NCBI GenBank assembly: GCA_910585625.1 | Contig: CAJUFQ010000010.1 | Span: forward strand, 21,441 to 85,440 | Direction: 5' to 3' | Origin: an uncultured Lachnospiraceae bacterium | GTDB lineage: Bacteria > Bacillota > Clostridia > Lachnospirales > Lachnospiraceae | Length of the DNA stretch: 64,000 nucleotides | Part shown: positions 56,878 through 64,000 of the stretch, in pieces | Numbering within the stretch: position 1 is the stretch's first letter | How the letters are laid out: every line of letters begins with the position of its first letter | Program-made: the position numbers and the translations under genes | The notes under the pieces: model-generated | Seen by the model: the letters and a program-made list of their open reading frames with translations, nothing else | What the model was told of the DNA's origin: nothing | Database searches by the model: none

Positions 56878-56990
56878 TGCACACTTTACTGCGCCGAGCG
56901 CAGATTTGTCCTAAGGGGGGGACCAGGCTTGCCTGGGGGATTCCTTAGAACGGTCACGTAGCGACATGTTACTTTTTGCGCAAGTGCGCA
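56878..56990. repeat. 113-bp multi-hairpin intergenic element (REP/MITE-like or structured RNA)
   Basis: Terminal TGCACACTT / AAGTGCGCA; internal stems CTGCGC/GCGCAG, CTAAGG/CCTTAG, CCAGG/CCTGG. Confidence 0.5.
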
Positions 56991-57113
56991 TAATTGTTTT
57001 TGCCTTATAGGGAAAACACTTTCACGCTTTATCGTGACAAGGTCTTTCCTATAAGAGAATCAAACAGAGGCCGGCACTTACCAACCCCTGTTTGCATGTT
57101 TTGTACGATTCTT

Positions 57114-59750
57114 CTATTTTGTGATCTTAACGCCGGACGCCTGTCCTTTCTTCTTCAGCAAATTCTTATAAGCTTTCAGCTTGCTCTTCGGCACTTTAAT
57201 AGAAGCTTTCTTGTCAATGCCCTTGAATGCGTTCGCTCCCACTGATTTCAGCTTCGTGCCATTGATGGTTATCTTTTTCAGTTTCTTGCAGTTATTGAAA
57301 GCCTTAGGGCCAATCTTGGTGACATTCTTCCCAACTGTCGCGCTTGTAGCCTTGCTGCATCCGGACAACGCGCTGTTGCCAATGGATGTGACAAGGAAAT
57401 TCTTGCCTCCGATTGCGACCTTGTCAGCTACTTTGATACTCTTTCCATTCTTGCTCTTGACGCCGCTTAAGGCAACCGTGCCTTTCCCATTCGTCTTGGG
57501 ATCTGTAATCTTGTATTTATAATTCCCAACCGTATAGCCTGCATTTTTCTTGACAGTAATCTTGAATGTCTTAGAGACTTCCCCTGTATAATCTCCCTTT
57601 CCTGTAACCGTTACGGTTGCCGTCCCGATTTTCGTGTTGTTCTTATAGCTTACCGTGTAATCCTCGTCAGCCTTTAAGCTGCTTTCCTTGTACGTTATGG
57701 TAAGAGACGGCGTCTTCGCTTTGCCTGTGTAGTACTGATTCCCAATTTCTTCCACAGCTGCTTCCGTGATGCTGATTTTTTCCGCAGGCGCAAGGCTCTC
57801 ATATTTAGCCTCCGCGTCCGTCAGTATCTGATAATTACTAACGAGAGCTTTCTGAGCCTCCGCCAGCTTATCGAACGCTTCCCTTGCAGCATCGATTTTC
57901 GCCTTGCTTGCATCGTCATATAATACCTCGCCAATGGCATTAATTAACGTTTCCACATTCTCTACTGCCTGATCCGCCGGTACGGAATCGGTCTGATACC
58001 CAATCGCATACAAAGTGAACTTCTTCGCTTCATCTCCCGCTGCCATTTTCAATTCGATTTTGTGCTTGGCAGACTTTTCTTCCTGCAAGGCAATACATAC
58101 TTTGCCATTATTCCAACCTGAAGGGTTGTGGCAGCTCAATGTGGATTTTTTCTCGCCATCCACATACAAGTCTGCAGAACCATAAGCCGTCTCGCTTGTT
58201 TCTTTGTATACAAGCATAAATGTCTGGCAATTTACTTCAATCGTCAGCGGACCGTCCGTGCCGTTTCCGGCATACATCCAGTTATTCGGAAACCATTTTT
58301 CTCCCTTTACCCCATTATACAGATACTGGTATGTGGGGACATTGCTATCGTTGCTGCTGAATCCGCCCGCACTGATTGCACTGATTGCCTGATCGGAATC
58401 CGCTGTCGTTTTCGAATCAATCATCTTAATCCCTTCATAGGATGAAGACGTCACCGCTTCAATGGAATCCACATCTGTTGCATTATCTGCCTCTGCTTCC
58501 TCTTTATCGACACGGTCCATCAACTCAAGAATGCAATCCGCCATCAGTTTGTATCCATTTGCATTCGGATGAAGCGTATCATTATAGAACCATTCATAAA
58601 AACCAGCTTCCTGATAAACTTCCTCGATGGCGTCTGCCGTGCTAATCATGGGCAAATCATACCTTGTCCCGTATTTGCGGTAATTCATCTCTTCTACGCG
58701 GTTTAAGTTGTTAAATACGGAAAATACCAGGACAACCGCTGAGCCGGATTTCAATGCCTGGCGAATTAATCCTTCGTACGCGCCGCCCTTGGTCTCACAA
58801 CCGGAATCATTCACCGCAAACTCGACAAACAAAATGTCTGGATGGCTGCTGCCTTCTGGCAGGCGGCCTACCACATCACGCCTATAGCGGATAATGCCTA
58901 TATCCGATGATGTGCCGCTCATGCCGGCATTGATAAAGTGAACATTCTTGCCCTCATTAATGCCATATTTCTTAGCAAACGCAGTGGCAGAAACTTCTGC
59001 ATAGCATGCGGAATTTGGATTGTAGCCTCCGCCCTCCGTGATAGAACCTCCAATATAAGCCAGCGATACATCCTTTCCCTCGCGTGCCTTTTGGATAGCC
59101 GTCTTCAAGCGTGCATTGTTTCCGGTAGAGAAAACGCCTTTCCCAACCATTTTGCTATATAGCTCTTCACTCGGCTTAAATTCATTCAGTTCTGCCGGGA
59201 TACCTGCAATCGACAAATCATCTACATAAAAATCTGCCGTCTTGGATGAGGAACATTGAATAAACAAGGCAATCTCCTTGGCGGTATCCGGAACTTTAAA
59301 GGAACCGCTCAGCTCTGTCCACTCGCCGCTTACGCAGCTGGAACTATCTACCGAAGGATACTGCGTGCTGTCGCTGGCGTCCTTATACTGTATCCCCAAA
59401 TCAATTGTCTGCTCTGAACCTGAATCCTGCTTTACATAGACTTTGAAATCATATGTATTACCAGAAACTACATATTTTACAAGCGGCAGCTGAATGCCGT
59501 GCCACGTATCGGCGCGGTTTTTGACTGACAAACTGTTATTGCCTACATCATGATGTACCGAGGTAGAGACTTCAATTTCCGCTCCGCGTCCCATTATCCC
59601 CTGGTATTGGCCATCTTCAAAGCCATTTTTGTAAAATTCTTTTTTCTCGCCTTCTGCCCATGCATCCGCCGGAAGCATCGTAAATGTCATTGCCGCCGCC
59701 AGAATTGCAGCACATACGCGCTTCCATCCATTCTTCTTTACTTTCTTCAC
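57114..59750 (-). CDS. Secreted SGNH/GDSL esterase with CBM4_9-like module and C-terminal LRR_5-like repeats
   Basis: Signal peptide; GGSITEG, NAGMSG, EFAVND, DTLHPN blocks; VTSIG..A..GC.K repeats. Confidence 0.85.
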   Translation of the reverse strand: MKKVKKNGWKRVCAAILAAAMTFTMLPADAWAEGEKKEFYKNGFEDGQYQGIMGRGAEIEVSTSVHHDVGNNSLSVKNRADTWHGIQLPLVKYVVSGNTYDFKVYVKQDSGSEQTIDLGIQYKDASDSTQYPSVDSSSCVSGEWTELSGSFKVPDTAKEIALFIQCSSSKTADFYVDDLSIAGIPAELNEFKPSEELYSKMVGKGVFSTGNNARLKTAIQKAREGKDVSLAYIGGSITEGGGYNPNSACYAEVSATAFAKKYGINEGKNVHFINAGMSGTSSDIGIIRYRRDVVGRLPEGSSHPDILFVEFAVNDSGCETKGGAYEGLIRQALKSGSAVVLVFSVFNNLNRVEEMNYRKYGTRYDLPMISTADAIEEVYQEAGFYEWFYNDTLHPNANGYKLMADCILELMDRVDKEEAEADNATDVDSIEAVTSSSYEGIKMIDSKTTADSDQAISAISAGGFSSNDSNVPTYQYLYNGVKGEKWFPNNWMYAGNGTDGPLTIEVNCQTFMLVYKETSETAYGSADLYVDGEKKSTLSCHNPSGWNNGKVCIALQEEKSAKHKIELKMAAGDEAKKFTLYAIGYQTDSVPADQAVENVETLINAIGEVLYDDASKAKIDAAREAFDKLAEAQKALVSNYQILTDAEAKYESLAPAEKISITEAAVEEIGNQYYTGKAKTPSLTITYKESSLKADEDYTVSYKNNTKIGTATVTVTGKGDYTGEVSKTFKITVKKNAGYTVGNYKYKITDPKTNGKGTVALSGVKSKNGKSIKVADKVAIGGKNFLVTSIGNSALSGCSKATSATVGKNVTKIGPKAFNNCKKLKKITINGTKLKSVGANAFKGIDKKASIKVPKSKLKAYKNLLKKKGQASGVKITK

Positions 59751-60002
59751 GTTTTACTCCTTTCATTATAAAGAAGGATTGCAGAAACTTCATCGGCAAA
59801 AGTTCTCAATCCTTCCTGATTTTATAGATAATTCATTATAGTATGTTATATTATCTTTTTCACCCCCAAAAACTATATGTTTTTCACAAAAAACTCACGG
59901 AAATATTTAGTTTTTTACATATTATGACAAAAAACATATGGGGGCAGTGATTAAAAAGCAGAAAGCAAGGGAGTGATATACCGCTTTTTAACACCCCTTA
60001 TC

Positions 60003-60611
60003 TTATTCGCTGTCAGCATAATACTTATCCCATCGAAAGCCTTTTATTGCAATTTTCGTTTCAGCATTCCCGTCCCACTGAATACAAAAACCAACAGACT
60101 GTAATTCCTCTACAATAATCTGCCCGACTTCTTCAGCAGTTGGCTTTTCAAAGTAATTCCCAAAAGAGACATATAGCAAATCGCTATCGTCATGTAAGAT
60201 ACGTTCTAAATCCTGTTCTGTATAAAAGCTGCACCCAACAACCTTTTCTCCTTTTTCATGCAGCCATGAAGCTACCTCGTTGCAATCGTCAAATCCATCT
60301 GATTGCGTATATCCGGCATAGTGCAATGCAACAATCCCGTGTTTCATAAGAGAATGGAAAGCTGATTTCAGTTTCAAGAAATTTTCCTGATTCCCCGTAT
60401 TTTGGAACTCTTCTCGAAGCGCTTCAATGATTTCAAGCAAGCCATCTTTCGTTATATTATCCCATTCATCGCTGTAAAAATCTTCGATATATTGCTCACA
60501 TTCCATTAGGATTTTATCATTTGACCAAAATCCGGCTCTGATATAGTTAATTATCATTTCCTCCAATTCGTCTGCACAACATTCATCTTCTATTTTACTT
60601 TTCCATTCCAT
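60003..60611 (-). CDS. DUF6891-like hypothetical protein
   Basis: L..AF..L...GIVA...AGYTQSDG, FY..QD, WDG. Confidence 0.7.
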   Translation of the reverse strand: MEWKSKIEDECCADELEEMIINYIRAGFWSNDKILMECEQYIEDFYSDEWDNITKDGLLEIIEALREEFQNTGNQENFLKLKSAFHSLMKHGIVALHYAGYTQSDGFDDCNEVASWLHEKGEKVVGCSFYTEQDLERILHDDSDLLYVSFGNYFEKPTAEEVGQIIVEELQSVGFCIQWDGNAETKIAIKGFRWDKYYADSE

Positions 60612-60984
60612 AAAAACGTTTCCTCCTCGCGTGGAATTTTCTGCTTTGTTAAGCTGAAAACCATCTGTTCTTTTCCAAGACCTACAATGGCAAAATTCAA
60701 AATCAACTATCCTGTCGTCTTATATTTGATTCTTATACCAAAACTCCAAACCACCGGATACAGTATATCATGGTGATTTACCTCAAACAATCAGCTTTTA
60801 CACCCAATCCTTTATTTTATAATTATACCAAGAGTTTTAACATCAATTCGGCAAACTATCCCTCAAACACAGCACGCCCCAGCCAATCTGGGGATTTGGA
60901 TATTCTTTCAGAAGCGGCAGATGCCTTGCGCCCCTTATCAGGTATGCCTTCACCTTCTCCCCATATGGTGCTGTCAAGTAAGGA

Positions 60985-62625
60985 CTAATAATTTTTTATA
61001 CTTTTTTTAGATTTATTTATTTTTTCTTTATAAATTATATCAATCCGGGATTCTCCATATACATATATGTTGTCAATCCACTGTTCCACTACATCTTTTG
61101 TAAGGCTCTTGAACTTTCCATATTGCTCTGTTTCATCCTGTTGTATCTCACATTCCTCTGCGGCTTTCTCGTTTTCTTCCTGCAGCCTTTGGATCTGCTC
61201 ACATAACATGCGTTCCTCCTCCCTCAACGCTTCGATTTTCTTTATGTAGGCTTCCCGTCCCATTTGGTTCCGCTTGTACTGCTCATACAGATACTGCTTC
61301 TCTATTTTTACCGCATCCCTGCTCTGTTCCAATTCTGTACTCAGCTGTTTCCTCTTTTTTGCCGAAAGGCATAAAGGTATCTCCTCTGGGGTTTTCCTTT
61401 GCCTACCATCCGGAGCCGTTCTGGAAACCTCTGTTTTCCGATGTTCTTCCCTTAAAATCCATTCTTCCAGCTTCTGATTCACCCCCTCCAGTACAGCCGC
61501 TTCCAGTTTTGCCTCGCTGACATATTCACGGATACATTCACTGCCATCTTCATACATTGCCTTTTTACAGGTAAAACATGGTTCTTTCCTATGACCAAGC
61601 CGTATCAGGCTTCTTCCACAATGCCCGCACCGCAGTTTCCCAAGTAATGAACTTTCCTGCCCTGGTGTATGCTTTTTTCCTTTCTGGCATCCGTTATTCT
61701 TTAAAACTTTTGAAGCCTGCCAAAACTCCTGCTCCGTAATAATTGCCTCATGCCTGTCGGGAACACATATCTGCTCTTCCTCCGCCACTTGCCAGAAGTG
61801 GCTTCCACCAATCTCTGTTACCCGCATCTTTCCATTGACAACCATTCCAAGATACACTTTATTCTGCAGAACTTTCCGTACTTTGCCGCTGTTCCAGTAT
61901 CCTTCCCCGTCTATGATATGGTACTGCGGCTTCTCCCGGTTCTTATAGTTCCCAGGCGTCGGTATTTTTTCTTTATTTAATATTTTTGCTATTTCCCCGG
62001 TTTTACACCCTTCGCAGGCCAGCCCAAAGATCCGCTTTACATATTCCGCTGCTGTTTTATCAACCGCCAGAACTTTCTTATTATCAGAAAACTGGTAGCC
62101 GAACGGCGCTCTTGGGCCGATAAAATCCCCCCTTTTCCTCCGCACTATCAATGACGAGCGCATCTTTTCAGACAGATCTTTACTGTACATATCATAGAGC
62201 AGGCTCTTGAAAGCAATCTCAATCCCCCCGGTCGTCCCTATGTAGTCGTTACTGTCATACCCATCGTTGATTGCGATAAACCGGACTCCCATAAAAGGGA
62301 ATATCTGCTCCAGGTAGTCCCCCACTTCCAGATAATTCCTTCCAAACCTAGAAATGTCCTTTACGATGATGCAGCATATTTTTCCTTCCCTGACCATTGA
62401 CAGCATTTCCTTCACCGCAGGCCGGTCAAAATTTGTCCCACTGTACCCGTCGTCCACGAACTCCAGGGGCTGCGCAGCGGAGCAGATTCCCTTATCCCTG
62501 ACATATCTTGCAATCAGTTCTCTCTGATGGCTGATGCTGTCGCTCTCTGCTTTCGCATCATTTGAAACCACGTCCCCATCTTCTACGGAAAGCCGCAGAT
62601 ATTCAGCCAGAAACTGTCCTGCCAC
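60985..62625 (-). CDS. Large serine recombinase
   Basis: YLRLS, DDGYSGTNFDRP, KDISRFGRNY, APFGY, CGHCG zinc ribbon; GTG start at 62625 preferred. Confidence 0.93.
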   Translation of the reverse strand: MAGQFLAEYLRLSVEDGDVVSNDAKAESDSISHQRELIARYVRDKGICSAAQPLEFVDDGYSGTNFDRPAVKEMLSMVREGKICCIIVKDISRFGRNYLEVGDYLEQIFPFMGVRFIAINDGYDSNDYIGTTGGIEIAFKSLLYDMYSKDLSEKMRSSLIVRRKRGDFIGPRAPFGYQFSDNKKVLAVDKTAAEYVKRIFGLACEGCKTGEIAKILNKEKIPTPGNYKNREKPQYHIIDGEGYWNSGKVRKVLQNKVYLGMVVNGKMRVTEIGGSHFWQVAEEEQICVPDRHEAIITEQEFWQASKVLKNNGCQKGKKHTPGQESSLLGKLRCGHCGRSLIRLGHRKEPCFTCKKAMYEDGSECIREYVSEAKLEAAVLEGVNQKLEEWILREEHRKTEVSRTAPDGRQRKTPEEIPLCLSAKKRKQLSTELEQSRDAVKIEKQYLYEQYKRNQMGREAYIKKIEALREEERMLCEQIQRLQEENEKAAEECEIQQDETEQYGKFKSLTKDVVEQWIDNIYVYGESRIDIIYKEKINKSKKSIKNY

Positions 62626-64000
62626 ATCTCTCACCCCTTTCCGCTAACCTGGACATCAGGTATTCATATTCATTCCGGAAACGGAACCGGATATGGATTC
62701 TTTTATCTTCAAAGATCTCCACCTTTTCCAGCAGGTTCACCGCCATTTCCCTTGTAAGCTCTTTGGCATCCCTGAAACCCAAAAAGGCTTTCAGCCATCG
62801 GTTTTCTCCGCCCATGTACTTTTCAAATTCCTCCAACTCCCTTTCTTTTTCATTCAGTTCCATTTCCAGCCTGGAAATCTTCCCGGCGTATCTCTCTTTT
62901 GCAGCTAAAAACTCTTCTTTTGTCAGGATTCCCTGTTTCATATCTTCATAAATACTGGTTTTCAGATATACATACCTGCCTAATTCATTCCTGATCCGCC
63001 CTGCTGCTTCCTTTTTTTCCTGGTAAACTGCCGCATGGGTATCTGATTTTTTCATCTGCTCCAACAGGCTGTCAGCTTCAATAGCTAAATCAATCTGTAG
63101 TCTGATCTGTTTTAACACCATATCAAAAATTTTATAATCTACAATGGAAGACGTATTGCATTTCGTCTGTGAATGTCCATAGGCAGATCCACAGAAAAAG
63201 TAGTAGCTGACTTTGCCGTTTCTTACCTCTTTGTTTCTCCACATTGCATGATGGCATATCCCGCATACTAAGATGCCCTCCAACACATTCTCATATCCCG
63301 GCCCTCCCTGCCTGTCCTTCCATGTCTTCCGGTTCTTTTCCCTTATCTCCTGCACCTGTTCAAATACATTGCGGTCAACGATTGCCGGATGTGTTCCTTC
63401 CATGACTTCCCACGCATCTTCCTCTTTTTTGCCCCGCCTTTCTCTTGAATAGATGGAACTGTTATATTTCCCCTGCACCAAATCCCCGACATATGCCCTG
63501 TTGTATAGAATCCGGCTCACTGCCTCCTGCTGCCAAAGAATATGTCCGCAGTTTTTATATTTCTTTGCCCCCTGCTCCCCCGCATATCTGCTTGGGGACG
63601 GAATCCCTTCCTGGTTCAGTATGCCTGCAATCTTATAGGCGCTCATCCCCTCCGTCTTCATCGCAAAAATACGCTTTACAACATCCGCAGCAGCTTCGTC
63701 TATCACATAACGGTTATTTTCCAGGATATAGCCATACGGGGCCTTGCTGCCTATGAACTGCCCCTGCTCTTTTTTTGCCCGGAACGCTGACATGATTTTT
63801 TTCGATATATCTTTTGAATAATAATCATTCGCCAGGTTTTTAAATTCCGTGATCAGTTCTTTATGGGGAAAGATTTCACCCTCACTGTCATACTGGTCGT
63901 TGACCGCAATGAAACGCACCCCCAGGAATGGAAATATTTTTTCCAGGTAATCCCCCACCTCCAAGTAATTCCTGCCGAAACGGGAAAGATCTTTCACCAT
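62603..64000 (-). CDS. Large serine recombinase (5'-partial)
   Basis: VKDLSRFGRNY, APYGY, HPAIV, CGIC zinc ribbon, coiled coil. Confidence 0.92.
   Translation of the reverse strand: MVKDLSRFGRNYLEVGDYLEKIFPFLGVRFIAVNDQYDSEGEIFPHKELITEFKNLANDYYSKDISKKIMSAFRAKKEQGQFIGSKAPYGYILENNRYVIDEAAADVVKRIFAMKTEGMSAYKIAGILNQEGIPSPSRYAGEQGAKKYKNCGHILWQQEAVSRILYNRAYVGDLVQGKYNSSIYSRERRGKKEEDAWEVMEGTHPAIVDRNVFEQVQEIREKNRKTWKDRQGGPGYENVLEGILVCGICHHAMWRNKEVRNGKVSYYFFCGSAYGHSQTKCNTSSIVDYKIFDMVLKQIRLQIDLAIEADSLLEQMKKSDTHAAVYQEKKEAAGRIRNELGRYVYLKTSIYEDMKQGILTKEEFLAAKERYAGKISRLEMELNEKERELEEFEKYMGGENRWLKAFLGFRDAKELTREMAVNLLEKVEIFEDKRIHIRFRFRNEYEYLMSRLAERGERCGRTVSG

Noticed and set aside
60985..64000. Recombinases mobilising the CIS locus
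   Set aside because: About 20 kb away, separated by metabolic genes; no att repeats seen flanking the CIS.

Overview
Genomic DNA from a Clostridia-type (probably Lachnospiraceae-like gut) bacterium, inferred from gene content. The main feature is a ~37 kb locus (4.5-41.2 kb) encoding an Afp/PVC-type contractile injection system (CIS). Its minus-strand operon encodes sheath, two tubes, a tail assembly chaperone (TAC), DUF6760, a 1200-aa tape-measure candidate, a LysM initiator, a split spike, gp25, two baseplate J proteins, a P2-I wedge, a fibre candidate, a DUF4255 cap, a DUF4280 PAAR-like tip and an AAA+ ATPase. No head genes and no recognisable lysis genes are present. Unusual extras are an embedded membrane module (pseudokinase-like, MORN-repeat and HAMP/pseudo-cyclase proteins), a candidate pore-forming cargo, a chaperone-like protein, and a divergent STAND/SARP regulator followed by a second paralogous ATPase. 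A canonical -1 frameshift signal (A AAU UUU plus hairpin) would fuse the TAC to DUF6760. Flanks hold a ClC-HdeD-K+ channel operon, a LytTR/GHKL pair, several decayed genes, a ribose ABC operon with LacI regulator, secreted modular proteins and tandem large serine recombinases at the right edge. Family assignments come from motif recognition, not database searches.
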